Shown here one piece after another: positions 39,503 to 52,774 of a DNA stretch of 64,000 nucleotides. Each line of letters begins with the position of its first letter. The stretch's first letter is position 1. The stretch is from Tubiluchus corallicola (Eukaryota; Animalia; Priapulida), in NCBI GenBank assembly GCA_030141605.1, contig JAQGDQ010000168.1:372001-436000 (forward strand). The letters run 5' to 3'. Position numbers and translations under genes: made by a program. The notes under the pieces are model-generated. The model was given only the letters and a program-made list of their open reading frames with translations. It did no database searches and was not told the DNA's origin.

Positions 39503-40985
39503 GATCTGGAATACCTACAGATGAGATAAAAATATGAAAAATTAAACAGAGAAAAATTACACTAGAAATGAGATTTTACGTTGCACATACTTAGTAGCCC
39601 TTAAGAACAATTTTATTGTTGTAAACATCGTCTTGAAATGAAAGTATGGATGAAATTAATCAACTAGCCTACTGTTACAATACAAAAATCTACCGAAAGC
39701 TTGTTTGCCAAATCCACTAAAGAATCATTTTGAAAGAGTGTGGATTTTAAATAGTTGACAGTGAGATACACATTTACTTAAAATTTTTAAATAACCTATC
39801 TCTTCAATGATGACCTTGACTTCAGTACTCCGAGGTTAACGAAAGCGTGTTTACAAAACACACGCATAAAACGATTGTAACCTTAGCTGCAAAGCCGATT
39901 AAAGTACAAGAAATGTGTCTGAATTATATTATTATGTTGAAATGACGGTTTTGTTATAATTGTTTTCAAAAATTTACTGCATTTTTACCGTCTCGATATT
40001 GCCTGCTCCTAATCTTTCTGTCGTAACGATTTGGTTGGTTAAATGAACTTTCCGCATAAATGAACGACATTACTTTTAATACATTATAAAAATGACAACG
40101 GTACACGCATATTGATGATTTTAATGACGATTTTAAATTTTGAACATTACTTTTTCACACAAAACTTAGTACTCAGTCAATTTGCAAGTCACGATGACGC
40201 AGCACTTGGTAATTATTAGAATAATAATTTATTCACAAGCGGGTATTATTCCTTTAAACGGCAACCACTAGTAGTAAACCGAAAAAATAAGAAAGAAAAT
40301 TCATGTGCACAACAAGTCGATTTACAGGCGCATGAAATGACATCGGGAAATGTCCACTTCCGCGACTGTACCTGTATTATCACGGAATAAGGAAATCAAG
40401 AATTCTTCTAGTGATTTAACAGTCTACTGCTGCCTATGCAAAACCAGTGAATGTCGAAACTTTACATACATGAGACGTAACGTAAAATAACGCCTGCTGT
40501 CTTGCCCCAGTTACGCTGGATAAACAACGAATTTCTATAGAAGTCATTTCATAAACTTGTGACGCAAGATTGGTTAAACTCAACTGAATCAAGTAGAGTT
40601 GTGTTTGCATAATAGCTCCATTTTGGACCATAACTGAATAGGCAAAAAGCCGACTGTTTGACCAAGGCGTTAACGAAAGCGACATGACCGCAAAGGATTC
40701 TCTCCTTGACTTTCTAAAAACGTGTAAAAATCACAGCAATGATGTGGCGGAATTGTGCGAATAGAATTCTTTATTGCTCGGGTAAGGCTCCAAATAATAG
40801 AAATATATAGCAGCAACGTGGATATCGTTAAAATTAATATTTAAATTTTATCAACGACATTTTTATCTGCAGTGTCATGGATGTTTCTCGCAGTTCACTC
40901 GTCAACAATTGCTAGATACGCCTTACTACTGAGACGTAAAAAAACATTTTCTTCAATAGATTTGACAAAGTTACCATGAACTTAC

Positions 40986-41137
40986 CTTATTGTATAATGC
41001 GAAGAATGGCTGTAACTAAGGTGGACGTGTCCTTCCCTCGATAATCTATCAACCTTGTACTATTTAATACCTTGTAAAATCACAGGACGGTAAAATCAGT
41101 AACTCGTGTGATTTAACGCGAAGTTTCAGAAACTCTA
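40986..41137 (-). other. Probable non-coding first exon of the EH-like gene
   Basis: Strong donor AAG|GTAAGT at 40986/40985, a TATAAAA about 30 nt upstream of the inferred start, and a matching acceptor at 39515. The transcription start site is inferred. Confidence 0.55.
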
Positions 41138-41160
41138 ACTTTAGCAGCAGATTTTGCGGG

Positions 41161-41281
41161 TTTTATAGCCCCATACACGTGCTTTACTTCAACGCCTAAG
41201 CGCTGCGTACTCAAAGCAGTGACGTTTCCATCGAGACATGACGTCATACGGGGAATCAACCAATAGACAAACGCGGATTGG
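41161..41281 (-). promoter_or_regulatory. EH-like gene promoter: TATA box, E-box, CRE sites, CCAAT boxes
   Basis: TATAAAA at 41167-41161, CACGTG at 41176-41181, TGACGT at 41220-41225, palindromic TGACGTCA at 41239-41246, and CCAAT/ATTGG near 41260 and 41277. Confidence 0.6.
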
Positions 41282-42049
41282 TTAATATACAGGGAATTAA
41301 TGGTATATTTATTTAAACCATGCCGTTGATACGGTTTTGATATGAAACGTATGATTGTGGGGTGAGGCGTAATATTTAGTTCTGATAGCAGTGACTTTAT
41401 CAATTATGGAAGCTCTGCGCGCTGCTATTGTTTAAACAGCGGGCGTATGTATGTTTGCTTTACTTCCATCCTTCGCACTGACATATGGCTTCATGGTTTA
41501 GTGTTGCGCAACCAACTCACGCAATATTGCGCTTCTATAATTAGCCTATAGTGTCAGCATCAGTATTTCTGATGCATTAAAACTTGCTGAATCATGCTAA
41601 ATCTATGCTAAATTAAAAACTTGGTTCCTGCTTAAATTCTCAAGTAGTTAAAAAACACTGACGTTTAAAACGAAAACGCTTTGCAATAAAGCGAAGACTT
41701 GGACAAATTCTCTAAAATCTACGAGCCTCTTATGTCACCTACGCATGTTATATTCGAAGAAATAGCCTGTAATTAATATTGCAGACGTTAGTACGCCATA
41801 CAGATACATTTTATACTGCAATATACTTTTCCAAAACTCCTGTATACTTGGCATTCACAGCTTCTTGTGACCTGGTTAACAACTTTTCAAACTTTTCCTT
41901 GTACGCTTGCCGCTACTTGGGCATACCATCACGAAAGCATTCCTAATACATACGATAATTCGTCAGCAACATTATTTACCCAGCAACTTTGTCCGTGTCA
42001 TTGTGTCTATTGTACCTATTGTGCGTATTGTATCAAACCAGTAATAGGT

Positions 42050-42260
42050 ACAAATTCGTGGAAGTACTTCTCGGAAGTTACCTTCTTTCTTTTTCTTGTA
42101 CAACAGGTGATACACCAGCTGATGATTTAAATTCATAGTAGACTCCTAATAAGTATTGTGGACTTCATGCATTCTTCGCATTCCAAGTTTATGAGCCACC
42201 ATTCCTAATAATTTTTCGGTTGAGCAGCTAAGAAAAGCATTCAGCACCTATATGGAATTC
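42050..42260 (-). mobile_element. Probable Ty3/Gypsy integrase zinc-finger remnant
   Basis: HKLGMRRM...NTY*(W)...TM, then after a frameshift ISWCITC, fits the H..HxG...YW..M...CxxC integrase zinc-binding pattern. Confidence 0.4.
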
Positions 42261-45224
42261 TGTTAGTGAAGTTCTCCTCATTCTTAACTCACAAAAGAGT
42301 TAATTATCCAGCCATCACACCTTGAGGTACAGACTTAGGTACTTATCTCACTTATGCAGGTGTTAATATTCTTTTGGTGACACTCCTTTCTTTTTATTGC
42401 TTCTGTTATCATATTCAGCTTACCCAAATCTTGGGTGTGTTTAACAACATTAAGCAATGGATCATTATTGCAAATATTTATTTTCTCGCTTCGTCTCGAA
42501 CATCAGACAATGTGCTCACGCTTTAATTACAATGCCATTTGAAGTTCTTCGCGTTGTGAATTCTCGTCTGCGTAAAGTCAAATTATAATCTTTGCATGCC
42601 GAACAATTTTCAGCAAGGACAACCATCGTGTTTGAGCGTTTGTGAAATGGAAGATTAAATTTAAATATGACTTCCAAAAGTTTGTGTCATCATAAAGGTA
42701 GCCTACATAGCCTGGTTATGTTTCCAAAATCAGCACATTTTTCCAATATCCCAGCCTCCAAACAGTGCACAGGGCCTGTAGTAAGAGATCGTTCATGCAG
42801 ACAGGAACTGAGTTGCGTGATCTTAAACGCATTCCGAAAGAAAGTCTCCATTAGCTTATTAGAATTAACGACAATCGAGTTTTCTCAAAAATAAAAAAAA
42901 TAAAATGTGTGTAGAAGCTTTATACGGATGATCACTACTAACATGATCGAAGACCGTTGGTGCATTCTGAGCTGTATACACCATCTTGCTAAAAGATGCA
43001 ATCTCCATTTACCACTGTTAATTGCAATAAAAATTGTAATTAAATTACTTACAACACACTGCTTGCAATAGTGTAAAAGTGATTGCATGACGATACACAC
43101 ATTTATACCACAAACAACAAGACGCTTATACTTTATCTGTTCAAGTTGCTAAAAATACTAATGATGACTTAAGAAAATAAAAATCAGATCAAATTTGGTA
43201 AAAGGTTTCTACGTTTCTAAACTACGAGACCCAATAGTTGCTTGTCAAATGCAAGCTAAGTGAATAAGCTGTATTAGTAAAATTGAAAGTGCCTAAAGTT
43301 ATGAGTTCTAATCAAATCTAAATTTGGTTTTGATCGTTTAATTTTTTTCGAATTGTTTTTGTTCTAACACAATTCTGATTCTGTAAGGCTGATTTTCGCA
43401 AAGGAACACAAAACTTTTGATCCATTTTTAACATTCCTTCAGTTAAAATTCTAGTGTTCTTTAAAAGAGTATTATACTACAATAAGACTCGGCTAGGATA
43501 TTAGTTAGAAGGTAATATGTCTGGTATGAGGACAGTTACATTAACACTACCCTCTAAATAAGCAAATTTGGCTGCTAAATAGCCTTTGCGGGCTTTGAGA
43601 TAGCCGACTGTGTAAAATACCGCCACTCCCTAACGTAAACTGCTACTTCAATGTGCGTATACTTACAATTAAGGTTCAAACAAATCTGGAACGTGGATAT
43701 CCGGCCGATCCGGATTCTGAGCAGTTCCGGTAAAAATCGGGCGCATTCGGCTATTTGTGTAACAAGTGGAAATTTCCGCCACATCAGAGAGCGGTCCTGA
43801 GAAAAGTTACAGCAACGCCCGCTTCAATATCAGCTTTATTATTAATACTAAAAAATTAAAAAGCAATGCAAGTTATAACCTTGCCATGTCATGTAACATG
43901 TATATATCCTTTTTCTAAAATAACGTAGCTGCAGGTAAATAAATCCTATAAAGCTGTTTTATGTGTTTCGCTAAAACGGATTTTTGTCTCAGCTGCGAGC
44001 AGTTTAAGATTGAAAGTGAACAAACTGCAGGTAACAAAACTCTTGATGCTTATTAGACTACTTCCTGCCTACAAGCTTTTCACTGTGTGCGTCGAGATGA
44101 TTTATCATTATTTTCCCCGCGGGTGATGCAGCAAGTTTTATTAGTCGTCTGACACAGAGTAGCATAGTAATTCATAAGTTTTCTTCCCTAGCAACAGAAC
44201 GGGTGCTGTCTTTGTGTCTATTTGGAGACAGATATAACGTGACAACCTAATAACACAAATTAATTCTTGATAATAGAGGCATTGAATTAAGAAAGCCCAC
44301 ATTAAAAAAAGCACGGAAAAATATAGAGAAAAGACACCACGTTTCAAGCAACCAGTATGGTTTCTCTTCATGTGAGAGAAAAAGGACAAAAAATTCTATG
44401 GAATTACTAATATTAACTTTTGGGGAGTTCTGTTCGTATTATTAATATAAAAAGTTGTAACACTAAAGAGGATACAATCCCGGTAAAAAGCAGAACACTG
44501 AAAACAAAAAACACAAGCGACAAACACAGAAGTGTGAAACATTGGCTACAGTTACAAAACAGAATGAGACAGATTCGAAACAAATTAATTAGTAATTCAA
44601 TAAGATTTTTTATTCATTTTCTTCGATCTGAAAAACTGTATATACTTTGGTCATTTTGTGACTACAGCGCTGCAAGTCAAGCAACCGTTACGGCGACGAT
44701 AACAGTAACAGTAATATCGATGATCAGACGTACAATAGTGAAAATCATAATCTGCTAATTTGAATACGAGTAGTAAGCTGACTAAAATGGGTGTGTTTAG
44801 AATGTCGTGTGGTTGTGATTGATTGACGGCTTTTAGAGAAAAACACGAGCAACTGTTTATGAGCAACATCACTATGACTTCGCTCCATCATAATTACTCG
44901 CTTGAAGAATCTGTGTCGTGCATATTACTCGACTCTTCCTCCTACACTTTAGTCAACATTATAACATGTGTTGGGAGAAAACTGGCTTCATGACACGCTC
45001 GACGTGACTGCAGCAATGAATCACTAAAATTCCAAGAAATCACCTCAGTATTTCCCCCAAGACGTTTATTCTTTAAAGCACAAGAAAACCCTATATAAGC
45101 ATAAAGCTTAAAAAATTCAGCTTGAAATTTTATATCACTTACGTACTGCCTTTCGCTTTTTAGGACTTCAATCGGCAGTAACGCTGTATAAAACAAGTAA
45201 ATTTGAATTCTCGCGATGATCGCT

Positions 45225-45650
45225 AGACGCGGCCATTTTGACGACAGGTTTGAAACAAGTTTAGATAACATTGTGTAAACTTTGAAAAAATAATCAGAGC
45301 ATTCGTAGCACACATGCTACTAACTAAGTAAAATTTTAAATTACTGTATCTTGTCAATAAGATTAAAAATACGTTTTCGGTTAGTGAGTGGGGCACCCTG
45401 AAGTTTGCGTCAGCGACATTTTACCAATTGGTGAAAACATTTTAAATACTTAAAAATTTTCTTTCCTAGTTACCAGAAGGTAAGCGAAAAGTAATATAGA
45501 TTTGCAAGGAAAGTTTTTTGGGACATAATTTAACATTGCCTTTTCTTCCCCTGATTTACGTTTGCGTAGTGACGTCATGTAATGGCGACTTCGGAAGTAT
45601 TGCGGGAGATTTAAAATGAAGACAAACAAAAATTCCTTTCAATGTGAGTA
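45225..45650. promoter_or_regulatory. Candidate bidirectional TATA-less promoter
   Basis: Plus side: TGACGTCA (about 45570), YY1-like AATGGCG, ETS-like CGGAAGT, then a donor AAT|GTGAGT at about 45643. Minus side: YY1-like CAAAATGGCCGC at about 45230-45240. Confidence 0.4.
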
Positions 45651-46744
45651 AGATATATGCATAAAATTGCTATAAAGTAATATAATTTTTAAGGTGATTT
45701 TTCTGATACCAACTCCATGTACGCCTTTTCTTGTCCTTTAAATAGGTTTGTTAGAAAATAGCTAAATCAAGCAAAATATTTCTTTTCATTATTTGGAACT
45801 CTGACTTACTGTAATCAAGGCTGTATCTCTAACAATAACAGTTTAAAGCAAAATCACAAGACTGTACTGCCGTATTTCTTGTAAAGCTATCGCAAAAAAC
45901 GTAGCAATAAAGACTGAGTATTTTTTCCTACAAAAGCAACAGAATCAAAACACCACCAATGATGACTGTCACCTCTTACACTTAGTAAAATAATTTTTGA
46001 TGGAATTTTGTGACCTTCCTTTTACTTTTCTGCGAGAATTTTTTATTTTCATTAGACAAAATGTAGAATTTTGTTGAGTTGAGTAAATTTTGTAATTTAT
46101 ATAACCATTCTGCACAAAGTGAACATTGCGCGGATTGTTTAATTCTTTGGCGTTGGGAAAATCGTATTGTATCAGGCAGCAACATTAAGTCTGCTTAACT
46201 TCTCTTAATTTCGTTGCAGTGATACCAAAGAGCATAATCACTGGACAAACAACAGCAACCTTATAAGCTAAGTTTCTATTTCTTACACTTGTGTGTTGCA
46301 AAAAGAACCTACAAATGTTACGAACCGTTCTTTTACTTATCGTTCCTAGTAATTTTACACCAAGCAACAGCTGCCGGTATTCTTTTCTTTTTGCTGCAGG
46401 AATTCATCAGTTGTGCGTGCTTTATTTTTTTAGTTCATGTTTATTCAAAAATCAGTACTCGACTATGTGGTATGTGCGTGGTACCTGTCAAACGTGCCCA
46501 TATGCAGCGTCGGTCAAGTTGCCAGGATTAGGAACAGCTCCTTAGGAGCTCAACAGGAGTAAGTTTCCAAGACTATCTTGAGACCAGGCCATCGCTGTTG
46601 GTCCACTAAACTCCTTTCAGAGCGCCTCATTCTTGTAATCAAGTTTGAAAACTATTCCATTACTGAATCAAGTAACATTCTGGATAACAAATTGTTCAGA
46701 TCGGACTAAAATAAAAAAATTAAACATAAATAAAGCAGTCTTCT

Positions 46745-47150
46745 TTACTCTTATTGCAAAATTACCGTGCAGCAATGTTTCCAATCTTCTTTATGCTTAT
46801 TGCAAAATTACCGTGCAGAAATGTTTCCAATCTTCGTTACTGTTATTGGAAAATTACCGTGTAGTGACTATTTCCAGTCTTAGAGACATAGACATAGACA
46901 TTTGTATTTACTTCTTCTTTTACTTTTATTGTAAAATTACAGTGTAACAATGTTTCCAATCTTCTTTTAATTTTATTATGAAGTTGCTGCTGACAATGCT
47001 TCCAAGGTGTTTTGCTTTGAAGTTTTACATTTATTGCAGAATTACAATGCAGAAACGTTCCCACTTTTGCTTTTATTGCAAATTTGTTATGCACCGATGC
47101 TTTACAACTTCTTTTATCACAATTGTAAATCAGTAAGTACGATGTAACAA
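46745..47150. repeat. Degenerate minisatellite, about 40-46 bp
   Basis: Recurring tattgcaaaattaccgtgcagcaatgtttccaatcttc units. Confidence 0.75.
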
Positions 47151-47767
47151 TGTTTCATTACAAAGGTAATGGCAGTTCTTCTCTCGTAAATTAGTTAGAA
47201 AATTGATACAATGCACTTAGCCAAATTAGCAGATCTTATTACAAACTTATACTAGCTTGAAACAAAAGAGGACAGAGCAAAAGATCTGCATACTCGATTA
47301 TTCTTTATTAAATCTAATATTTTTACATTATTTTTGTGACAATTACTCGTGAGACTCTATGGTTTTCTTACCTACTTATCTTGTCTTTAAAGACCTGTAA
47401 AATTACGTGGATCTTGCACTTTGGGAGCCACTTGCATAGATAATCGTTTACTAAGGTTAAATACACATGTCGTGTTTCTGTTTACTCTTACTGCAAGCCA
47501 ACCTAATACTACTACTGCAAAATCACGAATTTAGGTCTACAAAGCTTTGCTCTGAATTTTAAAATAATAGCCCTCTACAGTTTCCCTTTGCATTAATAAT
47601 AGGTTATTTTTAAACAACTCATAATATGTTTTTCAATAATATAATTGGAAACGATACCCAAGATCGCTGTCGTTATCATTGGTTTGTTATTGTTGTGTTA
47701 ATATATTCTTGTTGTTGATGTCATCATCACCGTTGTTTTTGTTGCTGTTATAATGATTATAATGACG

Positions 47768-47768
47768 G

Positions 47769-47845
<77 letters not shown>
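47768..47845. repeat. (GAT)n microsatellite
   Basis: Directly visible in the sequence. Confidence 0.95.
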
Positions 47846-47846
<1 letters not shown>

Positions 47847-48019
47847 GATGATGGTGATGGTGGTGCTGGCGACGACGACGACGTCAATGACGGCGATAAT
47901 GATGCCTACGCCGCCGTAGGCCTCGTAAATGTGTTAGAAAGACCCAGTGTTTTAGTCACTGTTTTTATATTTAGGTAGCCTTAGCCGTACAATCGGGCTA
48001 AGCATGGATTTTTATCTAG

Positions 48020-48400
48020 TAAGTAAGTAGTTGGTAACATCTTTATTTGTTATAATAATATCGAAATCACAACAAAATATTAAGATACTCAGCCAGTGAA
48101 AGTTAGAGCATACATTGTTGGATGCAAATGCGTTAGTGCAAAAACTAAACTACAGGTGCAAAAATTAAATATAACTTTAAACTTGAACTTTACATATTTT
48201 ACATATTTACAAACTGATCATCAACAGAATTAAGTCGTTTAATATGGCCTAGGCTTAATGAATTCTGCATTAGTGTATAAGTCGCCATGTTGGTAAGTTG
48301 GATGTTCGAATCTTGACATTATTAAAGTTTTTAATTTGGTTTGTGATTTAATACGTTAGATTTTGAATGGCAATGAATTCCAGAGCTGGACATCGTTTTT
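48020..48400 (-). mobile_element. Short 3' fragment of the same LINE family
   Basis: Minus strand reads LWNSLPFKI*RIKSQTKLKTLIMSRFEHPTYQHGDLYTNAEFIKPRPY*, versus LWNSLPLQVKQIKS...KTKLKSLILTRYEIPSHQYDNIHTNSEFIYPRPY* in the copy at 55.6-55.8 kb. AATAAA and a short repeat tail lie near 48020-48046. Confidence 0.8.
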
Positions 48401-49976
48401 AGCTGGCAAATTTCTAAAGGGTGGATACGCATGCATCTTAACGTAAATTACACTTCCAATTAAACACACTAACATATGTATCACACGTTATTAGTTTTAC
48501 TGTCATAGTCTCGTCAGCACATCACACTGGCCGATAATAAGCATTACATCAAAAAAATGTTAACTGATACAAACTGAATTATGCATGGACAGAGATTAAC
48601 CTATTAGCAACACTGTTCGTCTCGCCATATGCATCATAGTAATATAGTGGTGACTACAGACCTCTGCCGATCTAATTTTAGAGGATTGCCCTTGCTAATG
48701 GAGATTGCCATCAGTTATGCCCTGCCCCTTGAATGCTGGATTAGATACTTACAGAATGCCAAATTGTTGGCTATAAGGTAGCTATAAGTATATATGCAGT
48801 GTAAATTCTTATTTTTGTTGGACAAGAGCCAAGAAAGTTCATCAGTCTGCACAAAGTATTTGCATAAAAAGCATTCGTCCTTATTTAATATTTGCTTAGT
48901 ATAAAGTATACAAACTCATTCTCACCAAAGCTATCTTAATTCCTAAGTGTATACTAATCTGTTCTTTTATCTATGAACAAAGCACTTCAGGTGAGATTGT
49001 TGTGTAATGGTGCTTCTATGACAAAGGAAGGCCGCAGCATATTTTGCAGTTTATTAGTAATGATTAATACAAAATCGTTACTTAAATAAGCCAATTTAAC
49101 AATCATTGAGTACCATTTTTTATTAGTATTTAATTCTTTTGAAATTTTCTCCTCGAATAGGTATAAATATTTTTTATATAACTAATGTCTGAGTGCAACA
49201 CAGTAAGCATAGTTTCATAGCTGAATACGCGTCGTGTTAAAAGACGCCTAACGGAGGAAACATTTGGCAAAAATTAACATCTAAACGGACATTTTAATTT
49301 AAAGAAGTTACTTTTATTGTGTAAAGAAACAATAATTGTAAACGTGGATAGCGGAAACACTTTAGAAGATTATTGACATGAAGAAAATAGACCAAGCCTG
49401 AGCGTAGAAAAGCAAATTAACATTCGTATTACAGGAAAGTTTCGCCATCTGTTGGCGATTTCTTTTACTACACACACAAGTTTTGCCATCAGTTGGCCTG
49501 AACTTTGAATTACTGACGATCTGGTGTTAATGGTAGGTTAAATGTTAAACGGTCCTAATGGTAGAACACTGCTGTCTTCTGTTTTAGCTTTGGTGTGGAT
49601 TACATACGTTTTTTATAGCTTCTTGGGTTATAGATCTTAAAATTGTGTGTCTTTCTTTGTAGTGTTATTTTGACTGAAATGAAACGTAAAAAATAACATC
49701 GAGTATCATTTTAACTTTCAGCATGCTCAGAAAGTATGCTGCTTAGAAAAAAGGAGTATTAAAACTAGAATCTAGTAATAAAACTTACGAAACTTTAAAA
49801 TTCGTACAAATAAAATGTTACAAAAGATTACTCTATTTGTTACCCTGGTACTGTTATAAGGCGGCCAAACTAAACGTTGATGGCGCTACAGTTAATTGTA
49901 ACGATAATCTAATGGTGTCAATCAGTCATTGAACTCTAGTGCACTTACATGGGAGTGTAAGCGTTCTCATATCTCT

Positions 49977-50007
<31 letters not shown>

Positions 50008-50591
50008 GCTCTCTCTCTCCTCTCTCTCTCGCTCTCTCCAATTTTAATTACAATTTATGACAATATTTTGCCCTTTAAATACACTGTCGACTACTTCTAT
50101 ATGGAGTCATTTTCGATAATTCAAATGTACAATGATTATTCTTTGTGTGTAATGTGTTTTTACCGTACAGTCTGTATGTCTATGTAAATTAACTGCAGCG
50201 AAAACTGTAGTGTATAATTTTTGTAAATGTAACTATACAGTCCTAGATGCCCATTGTTCTGAAAGCGCCAACTACTCATCTTGAATATAAAATACGTTAC
50301 TTGTATTCCTTTTGGTTATCAGTCGTGACGGCCAACAATTAAAGTTATTTGACCTACAAAACAGCTGCTTTCTGGACTGCTGTTTGGAAAGTCAACTTGT
50401 TGTGGTGAGTATGCGGTGAGCAGTGTACATTTTCTTCTGCTGTATATGTTATAAGCATGCAGTAGTTTTATTACAAACGATGGATTTTAGTACATAGTCT
50501 ACGTACTTATTCATAAGGCGTTACATTAGATTTGTTGATTTTGTTTAATAGTGTCTGTAGTAGGGCCAGATCCTATTCAATTATTAGCGAA

Positions 50592-51857
50592 ATGGAATTT
50601 GAAGGGGCGCAACGACTACAACGATTACAAAGTGAATCGTCCAACGTGTGGTCAGAATACAATGCATTGACCACGAAATACCAAGCGGTCAATCTGGGGT
50701 CAGGTTCACCTGATATATTTCCTGACATAAGCATTGTGAATGCCTTGATAGATTCTGCACTTGACGTTACCAATACCGGACTTCATCAGTACACGCGAGC
50801 GAACGGGCATCCTCGTCTTGTTAAAGCAGTGGCAAAGCTGTATTCAAAATTACTTGGACGCCAGCTGGACCCAATGATTAATGTGGTCATTACCGTTGGC
50901 GCTTTCCATTCCTTGTACTGTTGTTTTCAAGCTCTGGTTAATCCCGGAGATGAAGTCATTGTCATCGAACCATTTTTCGATCCATTTCTGCGGCTGATAC
51001 GGTCAGCAGGTGGGGTTCCAGTTTTCGTCTCTCTTCGCCCTACCACCAACGACGCAATAATGACCAGTGACGACTGGAAACTGGACGAAGATCAAATAGA
51101 GAGCAAATTCAGTGTAAAGACGAAAGTGCTGGTACTCAACACGCCAAATAATCCATTGGGGAAAGTGTACACCAGAGAAGAACTGGAAATCATTGCGAGA
51201 CTTGTGAAAAAGTACAATGTCTTTGTGGTTTCAGACGAAGTCTACGAGTGGCTTACGTTTACAGACAGCGTTGCCGAGCACATACGAATAGCAGCCCTAC
51301 CTGGCATGTGGGAGAGAACCATTTCCATCAGCAGTTCAGGGAAAACTTTTCATGTGACTGGTTGGAGAACTGGGTGGTCCATAGGACCACAACACTTACT
51401 AAAGCATGTGATGATAGCACAACACATTTCCACGACTAGTTGCCCGACATTGATACAGGAGGCCGTTGCTGTATGTCTTGAACGAGAATTGGACAGAAGT
51501 GAAAAAACACAGGACAGACTGTTCTCAGCTTTTCTTCCAGAATTACAAGCTAAGAGGGACAAACTTTTCAAGAGCATAAGTGAAACGGGGATGCTTCCTG
51601 TTATGCCGCATGGTAGTTATTTTATGATTGCCGATATCTCTAAGCTGAATGTGGTCCAAGAGGGCAACGAAGAAACGAAGGACCGCGCATTTACCAAATG
51701 GTTGATTAAACACAAAAAACTCTCCGCTATACCACTGACAACATTCTTTTCCCCTGGAATGAAACACGTTGCAGAGAATTACATTCGCTTTTGTTTTATG
51801 AGAGAAGATGAAACACTCGATAAAGCTATAGATATCTTAAACAAACTGCGATTCTAA
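50592..51857 (+). CDS. KYAT3: Kynurenine--oxoglutarate transaminase (KYAT1/KYAT3, CCBL family), PLP-dependent class I aminotransferase, intronless CDS, 421 aa
   Basis: Motifs AVNLGSGSPD, QYTRANGHPRL, IEPFFD, LNTPNNPLGKV, SDEVYEW, LPGMWERTI, the PLP-lysine motif SSGKTFHVTGWRTGW, and YIRFCF. One uninterrupted ORF. An upstream donor (GTGAGT about 50405) and acceptor (about 50551) suggest a 5' exon. KYAT1 versus KYAT3 is not resolved. Confidence 0.93.
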   Translation: MEFEGAQRLQRLQSESSNVWSEYNALTTKYQAVNLGSGSPDIFPDISIVNALIDSALDVTNTGLHQYTRANGHPRLVKAVAKLYSKLLGRQLDPMINVVITVGAFHSLYCCFQALVNPGDEVIVIEPFFDPFLRLIRSAGGVPVFVSLRPTTNDAIMTSDDWKLDEDQIESKFSVKTKVLVLNTPNNPLGKVYTREELEIIARLVKKYNVFVVSDEVYEWLTFTDSVAEHIRIAALPGMWERTISISSSGKTFHVTGWRTGWSIGPQHLLKHVMIAQHISTTSCPTLIQEAVAVCLERELDRSEKTQDRLFSAFLPELQAKRDKLFKSISETGMLPVMPHGSYFMIADISKLNVVQEGNEETKDRAFTKWLIKHKKLSAIPLTTFFSPGMKHVAENYIRFCFMREDETLDKAIDILNKLRF

Positions 51858-52774
51858 ACTGTGTATATTTTTAAGAATGAATTTAAATATACATAAAATA
51901 GCAATGGTTGATTGTACGTATCGAGTCTTTTTATAAGACACATGTACACATTTGTAGTTTTCTACCAAAGCAGAATGGGTTTTCTCAAAAGCAAAGCATA
52001 ATTTACTTAAAATATGATTACATTATCTTTAATATTTAATGTAGGATTTATAACACCATGTACTCTGCAAACAGCCACCGTACATCCAGTCCAAATCATG
52101 CTGGCAAGAAATATTCCCATTATTATTCTTATTTATTAAATATCAGTGGATTCAAATTAAAGTTTTAATAGCCCGTATAAAAACTGAACCTAGGCCTACA
52201 ACGTACAGTGAGGACAAAAGCGCTTTTTACAGCCCCGATAACACTATTACAGCAGTACCTTTGAGCCTTTGTAAGTAGAGTCGAAATCGTATTCTATACA
52301 AAGGCATTAGTCAGTCTGATAAACGCACGAAAGCAATTCAAAATTAGAAAGTCTGAAAAATTTTGCCCCATTCTTGGGTCACGAACACAGAACTTCTGCT
52401 TTCCGGGCAGCTAATTCACTTACCGGTTCAAAGAAGAGTGAAATTAGCTTGTCCCAGACAACCTCTCACCTTCCCAGATACCTAACATATCTACTTAGCA
52501 AAGCTACAGTTTATGGCTCGAGGCCTCTACAAGATCAATGAAGTGGGACTTTCCCGCAGCGTCACAGTAAGAGACTCTGGTTACGACTATTTTCATCTTA
52601 CAAGGGGCACTATAGTCTCCACTAATTACTTTGACTTATTACGAAAAACGAGTTCTTTTGAGAACGTGAGCGATTTACAGGCTTTGGTTTTCAACTTGGG
52701 GGTTTTTCATTAAAGCTTAATTGGCATTCAAAAATTAGTTCTCCTGCCATTGTAAACGCATTGTAAACGAAGAA

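Noticed and set aside
47687-47887. Poly-His ORF (also the poly-Tyr ORF at 15181)
   Set aside because: These are trinucleotide microsatellite translations.
50592-51857. Horizontal transfer of a bacterial aminotransferase
   Set aside because: Animal KYAT-type motifs (GHPRLV, SDDWKLD, LPGMWERTI, YIRFCF) fit a metazoan retrocopy or intron loss better; a phylogeny would be decisive.
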